From positions 1 to 39,326 of the forward strand of contig JAQCFD010000003.1 of NCBI GenBank assembly GCA_027618305.1: a stretch of 39,326 nt of DNA, in the 5' to 3' direction. The translations under genes and the position numbers were made by a program. This DNA is from Pseudomonadota bacterium (GTDB taxonomy: Bacteria; Pseudomonadota; Alphaproteobacteria; UBA6615). The notes beneath the pieces are model-generated. The model searched no databases and had not been told where the DNA came from. It saw only the letters and a list, made by a program, of their open reading frames with translations. Below, one piece after another: positions 1-9,591 of this stretch (its first letter is position 1; each line of letters starts with the position of its first letter).

Positions 1-623
1 GTCTCGACATCGATGGCGTAGAGAATGCCCCCGATCGAGCTGATTTAGACGACACCGTCCACGACGGCCGGCGACGCCAGCACGCCACCTCCGGTGCGAA
101 ACTTCCAGCGGACCGTGCCCGTGCCGGCGTTCAGCGCGTAGACATATTTGTCGAAGGCGCCGAAATACACGACGTCATCGACGACAGCGGGCGAGGATTG
201 CTGGCCGCCCGGGCCAAGATCGAATGTCCAATTCGCCGCGCCCGTCGCCGCATCCACGGCATAGAATTTATTGTCGTCGGCGCCGAAATACACCGTCCCG
301 GCGACCACCGCCGGTGACGCACGCAACAGACCGCCGACCGGGAATTGCCAGATTTCCTCACCCGAATCCCCGTCAACCGCGAACAACGCCTGCGCAAAGC
401 TGCCCGCATAAACAACACCGTCCACGACGGCCGGCGAAGACTCGACGACGGCACCCGTGTCGAATTCCCAGAGAAGTTTCGGCGCAACCGCAACTTCACC
501 CGCGCCATCCCACGCGCTGTGGGCCGCGTCGCGCCGGAAGGCGGGCCAGTCGTCAGCCGATGTCGGAACGGCACCCAAGGAAAACAGGAAGAGAATGATT
601 ACGGCCAGGCGCATGCGTACCAT
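1..623 (-). pseudogene. PQQ-binding-like beta-propeller repeat protein with signal peptide; in-frame TAA at 47-45; 3' end outside window
   Basis: Likely start ATG 623 or 614 (MRLAVIILFLFSLGAVPTSA-DDWPAFRRD). About 40-aa repeats W-x-F...SPAVVxxxVY..G...(Y/F)A(V/L)D..TG. After the TAA the same frame continues ISSIGGILYAIDVE, completing the repeat. Confidence 0.8.
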
Positions 624-731
624 GGTGCGCAATGTCCCCGACGGCCGTGTGGCCGGCCAGTCAAAGCTTCGTGCGTCGGCGGTTCGCGCTATGATGACTG
701 CCTCACCTTTTCTGCTCAGGATAAAAGTCTC

Positions 732-1157
732 ATGCCCCTCAAACCCGAAGACATCATCGGTGCCTGGAACCTCGTCGACACGTTCCGGGAGAATGCCGAC
801 GGCACCACCACCAAGCACCAGGGGGCCGACCCCAAGGGCATCATCATGTACACCGCCGACGGCCATATGAGTGCGATCACCCGCTCGGGCAACCGTCCTT
901 TTCCGGCGCGCGATGCCTCCGACGCCGACAAGGCCCGGATGTTCGATACCTATCTGAGTTACGCCGGTCGCTGGTCGCTCGACGGCAACACGGTCACCCA
1001 CCATATCGAGCACGCCCTGAACGAGAATTTCGTCGGCAACGACCGCAAGCGGGTGATCGACCATCAAGGCGACCGCATGGTGCTGAAGGGCGAGGGTGGC
1101 GACGGGGCATCGACGGCGACGATCATCTGGGAACGCCACAAACCGACCGGCAGCTGA
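732..1157 (+). CDS. Lipocalin-like domain protein (Lipocalin_5 type), 141 aa
   Basis: ATG 732; IIGAWNLV, PKGIIMYTADGHMSA, YLSYAGRW, VTHHIEHAL, IIWER pattern. Confidence 0.8.
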   Translation: MPLKPEDIIGAWNLVDTFRENADGTTTKHQGADPKGIIMYTADGHMSAITRSGNRPFPARDASDADKARMFDTYLSYAGRWSLDGNTVTHHIEHALNENFVGNDRKRVIDHQGDRMVLKGEGGDGASTATIIWERHKPTGS

Positions 1158-1160
1158 GCC

Positions 1161-2453
1161 CTATCCAAGCTTTTTCGGCTTCGGGCCGCCGGTCGCCCAA
1201 TCGAGCAACTCGACCGTGTGCACCACCGGCACGTCCAGCGCGCCGGCAAGCTGCGTGATGCAGCCGATATTCCCGGTCGCAACCACCTCGGGCGTGGTGC
1301 GGGCGATATTCGCCGCCTTGCGGTCGCGCAGGCGACCGGCGATCTCCGGCTGCAGGATGTTGTAGGTCCCGGCCGAGCCGCAGCACAGATGCCCCTCACC
1401 CGGCTCGCTCACCGTGAAACCGGCCGCCGTGAGAAGCGCCTTGGGCGGCGTTCGGATCTGCTGGCCATGCTGCATGGAACAGGCCGAATGATAGGTCACG
1501 CGCAGTTCGGGGATGCCCGAAACCGGCGTCAGCTCGGGTTCCAGGGCGGCGAGATACTCGCTCACATCCTGGGTCAGTTCGGACACCCGGACCGCCTTGT
1601 CGCCATAGGCCGCGTCCTCGCGGAACATGAAGCCGTAATCCTTGACCTGGGTACCGCAGCCGCTGGTGTTGATGATGATCGCATCGAGACCGGCGCCGTC
1701 CGCTTCGGCGATCCAGGCGTCGATGTTGGCGGCGGCCTGGGCGTGGGACGCATCGACCTTGCCCAGATGGTGGACGAGCGAGCCACAACAGCCCGCACCG
1801 TCGGCCACCACGACCTCGATACCGAGCCGGGTCAGCAGACGCACAGTCGCCTCGTTGATCTGCGGGGCGATCACGGTTTGCGCACAGCCGTTCAACAGCG
1901 CCACACGCCCACGGCGCACGCCTTCGGCGGGAATGACCTGGGGCACATCCACCGGCGACGGCGGCCCGAGATCGGTCGGCGCCAACTCCAGCATCGCGCG
2001 GGTGCGGCCTCGAAACAGGCCGCGCAACGGGCGGGCCAGCGACGCCGCAAAGAGCAACGCGCGGAACCGCTGCGGATGGGGGATCGACCAGGCCAGCGCC
2101 CCGCGGATCACCCGATCGAACAGCGGCCGGGTATACGTCTCTTCGATATGCCTGCGGCCGTGGTCGACCAGATGCTGATAGTGCACCCCCGACGGGCAGG
2201 TGGTCATGCAGGACAGGCAGGACAGGCAGCGGTCCAAATGGCGGACGGTCTCTTCATCAGCTGGCGCGTCGGCCTCCAGCATCTGCTTCATCAGGTAGAT
2301 GCGCCCGCGCGGGCTGTCGAGCTCGTCGCCGAGCAGCACATAGGTCGGGCAGGTCGCCGTGCAGAAGCCGCAATGGACGCAGGCGCGCAGAATGTCGTTG
2401 GCGACCGCAATGTCGGGGTTGGCGAGCTGGGCGAGTGAGAAGTGGGTTTGCAT
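1161..2453 (-). CDS. glcF: Glycolate oxidase iron-sulfur subunit GlcF
   Basis: CVHCGFCTATCP and CLSCLSCMTTCP 4Fe-4S motifs, two CCG domains, last gene of glcD-glcE-glcF. Confidence 0.95.
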   Translation of the reverse strand: MQTHFSLAQLANPDIAVANDILRACVHCGFCTATCPTYVLLGDELDSPRGRIYLMKQMLEADAPADEETVRHLDRCLSCLSCMTTCPSGVHYQHLVDHGRRHIEETYTRPLFDRVIRGALAWSIPHPQRFRALLFAASLARPLRGLFRGRTRAMLELAPTDLGPPSPVDVPQVIPAEGVRRGRVALLNGCAQTVIAPQINEATVRLLTRLGIEVVVADGAGCCGSLVHHLGKVDASHAQAAANIDAWIAEADGAGLDAIIINTSGCGTQVKDYGFMFREDAAYGDKAVRVSELTQDVSEYLAALEPELTPVSGIPELRVTYHSACSMQHGQQIRTPPKALLTAAGFTVSEPGEGHLCCGSAGTYNILQPEIAGRLRDRKAANIARTTPEVVATGNIGCITQLAGALDVPVVHTVELLDWATGGPKPKKLG

Positions 2454-2464
2454 CGGTCAGACAT

Positions 2465-2532
2465 CCCTCATGCTGAGCTTGTCGAAGTATGAGGGTTCCA
2501 CAACCGCATCCTTCGTCAAGCTCAGGATGAGG
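2465..2532. repeat. REP-like palindromic doublet (CCTCATnCTGAGCTTGnCGAAGnATG units, inverted)
   Basis: 2466-2491 cctcatgctgagcttgtcgaagtatg versus the reverse complement of 2507-2532, cctcatcctgagcttgacgaaggatg. The same unit recurs at 13964-14016. Confidence 0.85.
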
Positions 2533-2570
2533 TGGTTTCTTGCGAGCCCGGTCACGTACGATATCATCAG

Positions 2571-3779
2571 CTAGACCCCGCTATACATGCGGCCGGGGTT
2601 GAGGACATGGCGCGGGTCGAAGCTCTCCTTCACCCGGGCCGACAGGGCCGCGAGCGGTCCCGGCTGGGGCTGGAATACATCGACCTTGCGGCGCACATCT
2701 TCCGGTGCGCGCACCAGGGTGGCATGGCCGCCGCCGTTTGCCGCGAGCACTTCGCGTATGACCGCGCCACCTGTATCGCCCCCATCGCTGCCGACGCGGA
2801 ACCAGATCAGTCCGCCGCCCCAATCAAAGAGTGCGGTCCCCGGTACACGGGCCGAGATGGCCTCCATGATATCGGCTGACTTGTCCGGCGTGACAGAAAG
2901 ACGCCAGAGCGGCGCATCGCCATCGCCCACACCTTCGACATCGCGTACCGACGCCCAAAAGGCCTGCGAGGCCTCCCGATCGAGGGTCGTGACGTTGCCG
3001 CGCGCACCCACCAACGCACGCAGCGCCTCACTGCGCGCCGCGACGGAGGGAACGAACCCCTCGACCCGGAATGCAGTGACCGGGCCCGAGACGGATGCCA
3101 AACCCGCCGGCAAGTGCGCCGCACCGGAAACTTCGTTGCTGGAATTCAGCGCCGCGGACATGATTTCAACGGCATCCGCAGCTGTCGCCCCGGACAGCAA
3201 TATTGTTTCCTCGGTCTCCGCGGCGGGCAGAACCTTGATGGTGATCTGGGTGAGCGCCGCCAGCGTGCCGAACGACCCGGTCAACAGCTTCGACAGATCA
3301 TAGCCGGTCACATTCTTGACCACCCGGCCGCCGCTCTTCACGAGGTCACCACGGCCCGTCACCGCCTCGATTCCCAGGATGTGATCGCGCGCCGCGCCCG
3401 CCTTGATACGGCGCGGACCGGCAAGGTTGCAGGCGATCATGCCACCCAGGGTGCCGCCGTCGCCACCGTACAGCCGCGCGAAACGCGGCGGCTCGAAGGC
3501 CAGCATCTGTCCCTTCGCCGCGACGGCGGCCTCGATCTCGGCGAGCGGCGTGCCCGCCCAGGCGGAGAGGACCAGCTCTTCGGGCTCATACAGGGTGATG
3601 CCGGTCAGGCCGGACAGGTCGACCGCGTGGGCGATGATGCGGTTGCCGTCGCCCATGGGCCGTCCGAAGCCGCGCTTGGTGCCGGTGCCGAGAATCTCGA
3701 GCGGGGTTTCCTCGCTGCTCGCCCAGGCAATCGCTTCGACGACCTGCGCGGAGGTTTCGGGTTTGAAGGTTTCCGTCAT
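2571..3779 (-). CDS. glcE: Glycolate oxidase FAD-binding subunit GlcE
   Basis: YEPEELV, GGTLGG...NLAGPRRIKAGAARDHILG, GGRVVKNVTGYDLSKL, FDP..LNPGRM. Start set at ATG 3779 because the longer N-terminus is translated repeat. Confidence 0.93.
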   Translation of the reverse strand: MTETFKPETSAQVVEAIAWASSEETPLEILGTGTKRGFGRPMGDGNRIIAHAVDLSGLTGITLYEPEELVLSAWAGTPLAEIEAAVAAKGQMLAFEPPRFARLYGGDGGTLGGMIACNLAGPRRIKAGAARDHILGIEAVTGRGDLVKSGGRVVKNVTGYDLSKLLTGSFGTLAALTQITIKVLPAAETEETILLSGATAADAVEIMSAALNSSNEVSGAAHLPAGLASVSGPVTAFRVEGFVPSVAARSEALRALVGARGNVTTLDREASQAFWASVRDVEGVGDGDAPLWRLSVTPDKSADIMEAISARVPGTALFDWGGGLIWFRVGSDGGDTGGAVIREVLAANGGGHATLVRAPEDVRRKVDVFQPQPGPLAALSARVKESFDPRHVLNPGRMYSGV

Positions 3780-3799
3780 ATTTCCAAGCCACTTTTGAT

Positions 3800-3891
3800 C
3801 GTCGTTCCCGCGAAGGCGGGCATCCATAAAACCCGATGCAAACCCGGGCTACCTACCGTGTTTATGGGTTCCCGCCTTCGCGGGAACGACG
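3800..3891. repeat. CGTC-tagged REP-like inverted doublet (dRS3-like TTCCC-N8-GGG core)
   Basis: 3800-3830 cgtcgttcccgcgaaggcgggcatccataaa matches the reverse complement of 3861-3891 with 2 mismatches; 30-bp spacer. Confidence 0.88.
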
Positions 3892-3930
3892 CGTATAACC
3901 GGTTGGGCCCAGCCATTTGCACGACGCCAC

Positions 3931-5424
3931 TCAGAAGCGCGGCAGATCGGGGAACGGCATCTTGCCGCGATGAATATGCATGCGGCCGAGTTCGGCGCAG
4001 CGGTGCAGGGTCGGGAAGACCTTGCCCGGATTGAGCAGCTGGTTTGGGTCGAAGGCGCATTTGACCCGCATCTGCTGGTTCAGATCATCGTCGGTGAAGA
4101 CCTCGGACATCAGGTCGCGCTTCTCGACCCCCACGCCATGCTCGCCGGTCAGGACGCCGCCCACCTCGACGCACAGGCGCAGGATATCGGAGCCGAAATT
4201 CTCCGCCCGGTCCAGCTCGCCGGGCTTGTTGGCGTCATACATGATCAGCGGGTGCAGGTTGCCGTCACCGGCGTGGAACACGTTGGCGACGCCGAGCCCG
4301 TATTTCTCCGACAGCCCCGACATGCGCTCGAGTACTTCGGGCAGGCGATGGCGCGGAATGGTGCCGTCCATGCAGTAATAATCGGGGGTCAGGCGGCCGA
4401 TCGCCGGGAAGGCCGCCTTGCGGCCGGCCCAGAACTGGTTGCGCTCGTCCTCGCTCTCGGAAACCCGGATCGAGACCGCGCCCAGCCCTTCGGCGATCTC
4501 GCGCACCCGGCCGATCAGGTAGTCCACCTCGACCGGCGGGCCGTCGAGTTCGACCAGCAGCAGCGCCTCCACATCCAGCGGGTAGCCGACCTGAACGAAG
4601 GCTTCGGCCGCCTTAATGGCGGGCCGGTCCATCATCTCCATGCCGCCGGGAATGATGCCCGCGCCGATGATGTCGGCGACGCACTGGCCGCCCGCGGTGC
4701 TGGACCCGAAGCCGATCATCAGTGCGCGCGCCGTGGTCGGCTTGGGCAGAATGCGTACCGTCACTTCCGTGATCACGCCCAGCAGGCCCTCCGAGCCGGT
4801 CATCAGGCCGAGCAGATCATAGCCTTCGGAATCCATATGCTTGCCGCCGAGACGCATAATCTCGCCGTCCGGCAGTACCATCTCGATGCCCAGGATATTG
4901 TTGGTGGTCAGGCCGTATTTCAGACAATGCACGCCGCCGGAATTCTCCGCCACGTTGCCGCCGATAGTGCAGGCGATCTGGCTCGACGGGTCGGGAGCGT
5001 AATAAAAGCCGTCCGCCTCGACCGCATGGGTGATCCCCAGGTTGGTAACCCCCGGCTGGACGACGGCGCAGCGATTGGCATAGTCGATCTCAAGCACCCG
5101 GTTGAACTTGCCGAGCCCGAGCGTGATCGCATCGGCCGCCGGCAGCGCGCCGCCCGACAGGGACGTGCCGGCACCGCGCGGGACGATCTTCACCGCATTC
5201 GCGTTGCAATAGCGCATGATCGCCGAGACCTGCGCGACAGTCTCGGGCAGAACGACAATCATCGGCATCTGCCGATAGGCGGTGAGCCCGTCGGATTCAT
5301 AGACTGACATGCCCTTTTCGTCGGCGATCACCCCCTCACCCGGCACGAAGGCGCGCATGGCCGCGACGATCTCGTCGCGGCGCGCGAGGGTCTGGGCATC
5401 GGGCTCAGGCATCAACATGGGCAT
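3931..5424 (-). CDS. glcD: Glycolate oxidase FAD-linked subunit GlcD
   Basis: PRGAGTSLSGGA, PDPSSQIACTIGGNVAENSGG, FHAGDGNLHP, GEHGVGVEK. Start could be 5424, 5418 or 5412. Confidence 0.95.
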   Translation of the reverse strand: MPMLMPEPDAQTLARRDEIVAAMRAFVPGEGVIADEKGMSVYESDGLTAYRQMPMIVVLPETVAQVSAIMRYCNANAVKIVPRGAGTSLSGGALPAADAITLGLGKFNRVLEIDYANRCAVVQPGVTNLGITHAVEADGFYYAPDPSSQIACTIGGNVAENSGGVHCLKYGLTTNNILGIEMVLPDGEIMRLGGKHMDSEGYDLLGLMTGSEGLLGVITEVTVRILPKPTTARALMIGFGSSTAGGQCVADIIGAGIIPGGMEMMDRPAIKAAEAFVQVGYPLDVEALLLVELDGPPVEVDYLIGRVREIAEGLGAVSIRVSESEDERNQFWAGRKAAFPAIGRLTPDYYCMDGTIPRHRLPEVLERMSGLSEKYGLGVANVFHAGDGNLHPLIMYDANKPGELDRAENFGSDILRLCVEVGGVLTGEHGVGVEKRDLMSEVFTDDDLNQQMRVKCAFDPNQLLNPGKVFPTLHRCAELGRMHIHRGKMPFPDLPRF

Positions 5425-5480
5425 ATCAACATGGGGACATCTCCAAAACGGTGCACGGAGTATAGCGGGCGGCGGGCAAC

Positions 5481-5509
5481 AAAAAACCGCGCATCACGCG
5501 CGGCTTTTT
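5481..5509 (-). terminator. Intrinsic terminator after rpmJ (possibly bidirectional)
   Basis: aaaaaa-ccgcgc-atcac-gcgcgg-cttttt: GC stem with U-tracts on both strands. Confidence 0.75.
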
Positions 5510-5541
5510 CATCACTTCGTCTATGACACGCGACGAAGGGC

Positions 5542-5667
5542 TCAGCCCTGGCGCGCCTTGAAGCGGGGGTTCAGCTTGTTGATCACGTAGATGCGTCCAC
5601 GCCGGCGTACGACCTGGCAGCCGCGACCGCGCTTCTTGAGTGTCTTCAGCGAACTTGCGACCTTCAT
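5542..5667 (-). CDS. rpmJ: 50S ribosomal protein L36, type B (zinc-independent), 41 aa; not in ORF track
   Basis: Manual translation [41 protein letters not shown], with a GGAG RBS upstream. Confidence 0.97.
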   Translation of the reverse strand: MKVASSLKTLKKRGRGCQVVRRRGRIYVINKLNPRFKARQG

Positions 5668-5718
5668 AGGACCGCTCCCAAATATGAAATCCCCGCCCCA
5701 AATGGCGGAAACGCGCGG

Positions 5719-5747
5719 AAACTAACCGCGACACCCCCCCATGTCAA
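5719..5747 (-). promoter_or_regulatory. sigma70 promoter for rpmJ
   Basis: Minus strand TTGACA (5747-5742), 17-nt spacer, TAGTTT (5724-5719). Confidence 0.75.
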
Positions 5748-5763
5748 CGCCCGTTTGGGCGAT

Positions 5764-6345
5764 TCATCGCGCCTTGGCGTGATATTCCGGGTTAGGCATC
5801 CGATCCAGCGCCGTCGAGACCCGGTTGGTCATGTTGAAGAAGGCCGCAACGTTGGCGATGTCGAGGATGTCGCGCTCGTCGAAACCGGCGTCCCGCAAAG
5901 CCTGGCGGTCGGATTCCTCGACCTCGGCGGGGGCGCGGGTCATTTTCACGGCGAAATCCAGCATCGCACGCTGGCGCGCCGAGATCTCCGCCGCACGATA
6001 GTTGATCGCCATCAGTTCTCCCAGCGCGGGATCACCGGACAGCTCGCGCACGCCGGCACCATGGGCCACCACGCAATAGAAGCACTTGTTCTCCGACGAG
6101 ACGACGGTCGCGATCATCTCGCGCTCGAGGCGACTCAGGCCCATCTCGGACAGCATCAGCTCGTTGTACATGGCGATGAAGGCGCGCAAGCGTTCCGGCA
6201 CCACCGCATAGCTCTGCAACACGTTCGGGATCATGCCGAGCTTGTCCTGACAGACGGCGAAGTATTTCCGCAGATCCTCGTCCAGCTCCTCGGCACCGGG
6301 AATCCGCAGGTCGAGGGCGTGAATATGGTCGGGCTGGGCGCTCAT
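5764..6345 (-). CDS. AhpD/CMD-family peroxidase-related enzyme
   Basis: EREMIATVVSSENKCFYCVVAHG (E...CxxC..H), FFNMTNR, PNPEYH. Confidence 0.88.
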   Translation of the reverse strand: MSAQPDHIHALDLRIPGAEELDEDLRKYFAVCQDKLGMIPNVLQSYAVVPERLRAFIAMYNELMLSEMGLSRLEREMIATVVSSENKCFYCVVAHGAGVRELSGDPALGELMAINYRAAEISARQRAMLDFAVKMTRAPAEVEESDRQALRDAGFDERDILDIANVAAFFNMTNRVSTALDRMPNPEYHAKAR

Positions 6346-6527
6346 CAGAGGAACCGTTCGGGTCGTTGAATGGAACTGTCAGTATAGATTGGGTGGCAAG
6401 ACGTGTGACCAAGGAACTTCATGCCATTCACGTCCCTCGGTCCATCTATGCGATAATGGGAAACGCGGCGCGGGACGAGCCACTTGCCTATCTCACGCGA
6501 CGCCGTCGCAATCGAGGAGATATTGCC

Positions 6528-7565
6528 ATGAGCGCTCAAAGCGAATTCCAGGCCGACACGGCCATCACAAGCGAGATTCCGGTGCTCGATGCGGGTGCCT
6601 ATTTCGACGGTGATGACGACGCCCTCGAGCCGCTGGCCGATGCCGTGCGCCATGCCCAGGAAGATATCGGGTTTTATTTTCTGGCCCATCACGGCGTCTC
6701 CGCGGATCTGATCGCGCGTACGTTCGACGCGGTCGGGCGGTTTTTCGCCTTGCCGGAAAACGAGAAGCTGGCGCTCAAGGTGAATGAGCACCAGATCGGC
6801 TACATCCCTCCGAAGGCGAGCATCCTGAAAACCTCGGGCATCGAGAACAACACCAAGCCCGACACCAACGAGGCCTTCCAGGTGATGCGCGACCGCGTGG
6901 CGGACGATCCGAAGGTGGTCGACGGCATCCGCTTCAACGCGTGCAATCAGTGGCCGGACGAGGACCGTGTGCCGGGGTTGCGCGCCACATTGCTCGAATA
7001 TCACGACAGCATGGAGCGGCTCGGCTGGCGCATGCTGCCGGTCTATGCCCGCGCCCTGAGCCTGCCGGCGGACGCGCTGTACAAATATTTCCGCGACCCC
7101 CACTTCATCAACCGCAACGCCCATTACGCGCCGGGCAAGGCCGAACCCGGCCAGCATGGGCTCGGCGCCCATGCCGATCACAGCTTCATGACATTCCTGC
7201 CGCTGTCGAAAGTCCCGGGCCTGCAGGTGAAGACCCAGGCGGGCGCCTGGATCGACGTGCCCCATGTTCAGGACGCCATGCTCATCAACACCGGCGAATT
7301 CCTCAACCGCTGGTCGAACGGGCGCTTCATCGCCACCCCGCACCGGGTCACGATCCCGGACCGGGACCGGCTGACGATCACATTCTTCTACAATCCGAGC
7401 GACGAAACGGTGAACACACCGTTCGCGACCTGCGTCAGCCCGGAGAACCCGCAACGTTTCGAATCGGTGACATTCCTTCAATACTTGACGGACTACGCTG
7501 AGGGGAACTACCTCCATCAGGCGGAGTATGCGCGTCGAAGCTCGGCACCGAACAACACGCCCTAA
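6528..7565 (+). CDS. Isopenicillin-N-synthase-like 2OG-Fe(II) oxygenase
   Basis: AGGAG RBS before ATG 6528; IPVLD, IGFYFLAHHGV, HAD iron motif, GLQV, NTGEFLNRWSNG, TPHRV, RLT. Confidence 0.9.
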   Translation: MSAQSEFQADTAITSEIPVLDAGAYFDGDDDALEPLADAVRHAQEDIGFYFLAHHGVSADLIARTFDAVGRFFALPENEKLALKVNEHQIGYIPPKASILKTSGIENNTKPDTNEAFQVMRDRVADDPKVVDGIRFNACNQWPDEDRVPGLRATLLEYHDSMERLGWRMLPVYARALSLPADALYKYFRDPHFINRNAHYAPGKAEPGQHGLGAHADHSFMTFLPLSKVPGLQVKTQAGAWIDVPHVQDAMLINTGEFLNRWSNGRFIATPHRVTIPDRDRLTITFFYNPSDETVNTPFATCVSPENPQRFESVTFLQYLTDYAEGNYLHQAEYARRSSAPNNTP

Positions 7566-7607
7566 CGGCCCTCACGGGCCACAACCCAAAGTATCGGAGC
7601 GCCAGGC

Positions 7608-8585
7608 GTGAGTGACTCACACCCTTGGAACCTGAACCTCGGACGACATCCGAGCCCCGACGAAGTGTCATTCGATCTTGAGCGCACGCTCTCCTCGGTC
7701 GTCGCCCTTCAGTCGCGCGTGCCGGATGACGCCTTCACGGCCCCGATCCTCGGCACCGAACGGGAAGGACAGGGCGTGGTCATCAGCGACGACGGTATGG
7801 TCCTGACCATCGGCTATCTCGTGACCGAGGCCGAGAATGTCTGGCTGATCGACAATCATGGCGGCGCCCATGCCGCCCATGTCGTCGGCTATGACCAGGA
7901 AACCGGGTTCGGGCTGGTGCAGGCGCTGGGGGTGCTGAACCTGCCGGCGATGCCGCTCGGGAATTCCGCCGAGATCTCGACCGGCGATTCGCTGATCGTG
8001 GCCGGACAGGGCGGACGCGAGGCGGCCATCAACACCCAGGTGATTTCGGTCCGCGAGTTCGCCGGTTCCTGGGAGTATGTCCTCGACAGCGCCATCTTCA
8101 CGGTGCCCGCGCATCCGCGCTGGAGCGGCGCGGCCGTGATCGACTGGTCGGGCCATCTCGTCGGGATCGGGTCGCTGTATATCCAGCAGGCCGCCGGCGA
8201 CGATGACGAGATCGACGGCAACATGATCGTACCGATCGATCTGCTGAAGCCCATTCTCCAGGAAATCAAGGATTCCGGCGGTCGCCGCCGCGCCGCGCGG
8301 CCCTGGCTGGGCATGACGACGGCAGAGGCCGAGAACCACCTCGTCGTCGCAGGCATTGCCGAAGGCGGCCCCGCCATGCGCGCCGGGGTCGAGCCGGGTG
8401 ACATGGTGTTGGGCGTCGATGGCGAGGAGATTTCAGGCCTCTCGACCCTGTTCCGCAAGATCTGGTCCCTTGGCGATGCCGGGGTGATGGTGCCGCTGAC
8501 CCTGCATCGCGACAGCCAGGTGTTGTCGGTGCGGGTCGAAAGCGCCGCACGGGCCGACTTCCTCAAAAAGCCGCAGGTCAACTAG
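7608..8585 (+). CDS. S1C/HtrA-like trypsin domain plus PDZ protein with degenerate catalytic triad
   Basis: GQGVVIS.DG.VLTIGYLV, YDQETGFGLV, RWSGAAVID..G.LVGIGS, then PDZ (RPWLG...GPA.RAGVEPGD). Confidence 0.85.
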   Translation: MSDSHPWNLNLGRHPSPDEVSFDLERTLSSVVALQSRVPDDAFTAPILGTEREGQGVVISDDGMVLTIGYLVTEAENVWLIDNHGGAHAAHVVGYDQETGFGLVQALGVLNLPAMPLGNSAEISTGDSLIVAGQGGREAAINTQVISVREFAGSWEYVLDSAIFTVPAHPRWSGAAVIDWSGHLVGIGSLYIQQAAGDDDEIDGNMIVPIDLLKPILQEIKDSGGRRRAARPWLGMTTAEAENHLVVAGIAEGGPAMRAGVEPGDMVLGVDGEEISGLSTLFRKIWSLGDAGVMVPLTLHRDSQVLSVRVESAARADFLKKPQVN

Positions 8586-8610
8586 ACCCCAGCCTATCCA
8601 GAAGCCCGCC

Positions 8611-9591
8611 CTAGAAGGCCGTGACGTCGAAGAGTCTCGGCGCATCCGGGTCGATCCGGATTCGGACCGCGCGGATGTCGAGCGCGCCCGGCACTTCGAC
8701 CCGCCACAGCTTGTGCAACGAATTGCCGGCGAAATCCTGAAACGGGGTATCGACGGTGAAGACATGACCATCGCCATGGATCACGAGCACCGGGCCGCCG
8801 AATGCCATCGCGCCCTCGGTGATCGCGGCGAGGGTCGCGTGGAAGCCGCCACCCAGCCCGTAGAGCAGGTAAGGGTCGGCCTGGAACGCCAGCACCACCG
8901 CGGTTGACCGCTCCGCCCGGGCGACCTCGAACAGCGCGGTAATCCAGGCAATATTCGCGGCATTCCGGCTTTCATACTCCGCCATCGCCGCGATGTCGCC
9001 GGCCCGGCGCCCGTTGTTCGAACCCACGATATGGGCCGTCGCGAACAACACCCCGTTGATCCGCCAGCGCGCATTTTCCACCAGCGCGGCGTGCGCCGGG
9101 GTCAGGTCGGACTGGCGCTCGAGTTTGACCTGGTCGCGACCCAGACTGATCGGTTCCGCGAAGAACAGATCGCGCAGCACCGACAGGCGTTCGCGCGGGT
9201 CGTAGTCGCCCCAGCCCGGCCGGTGGCAGTCGGTCCATTCATTGTCGCCCGGGGTGTAGACCAGCGGCCCGTCCACGCTGTTCATATAGTCGCGCTGACG
9301 CAGGAAAACCGCCTCGTCGCACGGCCCACCCCCCTTGATATCGCCCACATTGATCGTGACGTCCGGTGCTTCGGCGCTGATCTTGCGCAGCAGCTCTTCA
9401 TAGGCGGCGATATCCGCTGTGCGGTAGGGCATGTCGCCGAACGCAACAATCGTGACCGGGGTGTCGGCGCTCGGGTTGCGGGGGGCGGGTTTTTGGTGCG
9501 CCGACCCGCAGGCAGCCAGAACCAGACAGCACAACAGGGAGACGGTGCGCCAACCACGAAAATGATGCGCAAATGCTTGAAATATAGGCAT
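8611..9591 (-). CDS. Calcineurin-like metallophosphoesterase, probable lipoprotein
   Basis: FGDMPY, NVGDIK, TPGDNEW, IHGDGH motifs and a lipobox-like LAAC. Start uncertain (9591 ATG; ORF open to 9627). Confidence 0.8.
   Translation of the reverse strand: MPIFQAFAHHFRGWRTVSLLCCLVLAACGSAHQKPAPRNPSADTPVTIVAFGDMPYRTADIAAYEELLRKISAEAPDVTINVGDIKGGGPCDEAVFLRQRDYMNSVDGPLVYTPGDNEWTDCHRPGWGDYDPRERLSVLRDLFFAEPISLGRDQVKLERQSDLTPAHAALVENARWRINGVLFATAHIVGSNNGRRAGDIAAMAEYESRNAANIAWITALFEVARAERSTAVVLAFQADPYLLYGLGGGFHATLAAITEGAMAFGGPVLVIHGDGHVFTVDTPFQDFAGNSLHKLWRVEVPGALDIRAVRIRIDPDAPRLFDVTAF

Noticed and set aside
3780-3827. N-terminal extension of GlcE (MDARLRGND...)
   Set aside because: It is a translation of the palindromic repeat. 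The extra N-terminus of the AEC ORF (14014-14052) likewise starts inside a repeat.
6528-7565. Beta-lactam biosynthesis (IPNS-like plus CmcJ-like genes in one window)
   Set aside because: Family-level similarity only. The genes are about 18 kb apart with no ACV synthetase or other cluster genes.
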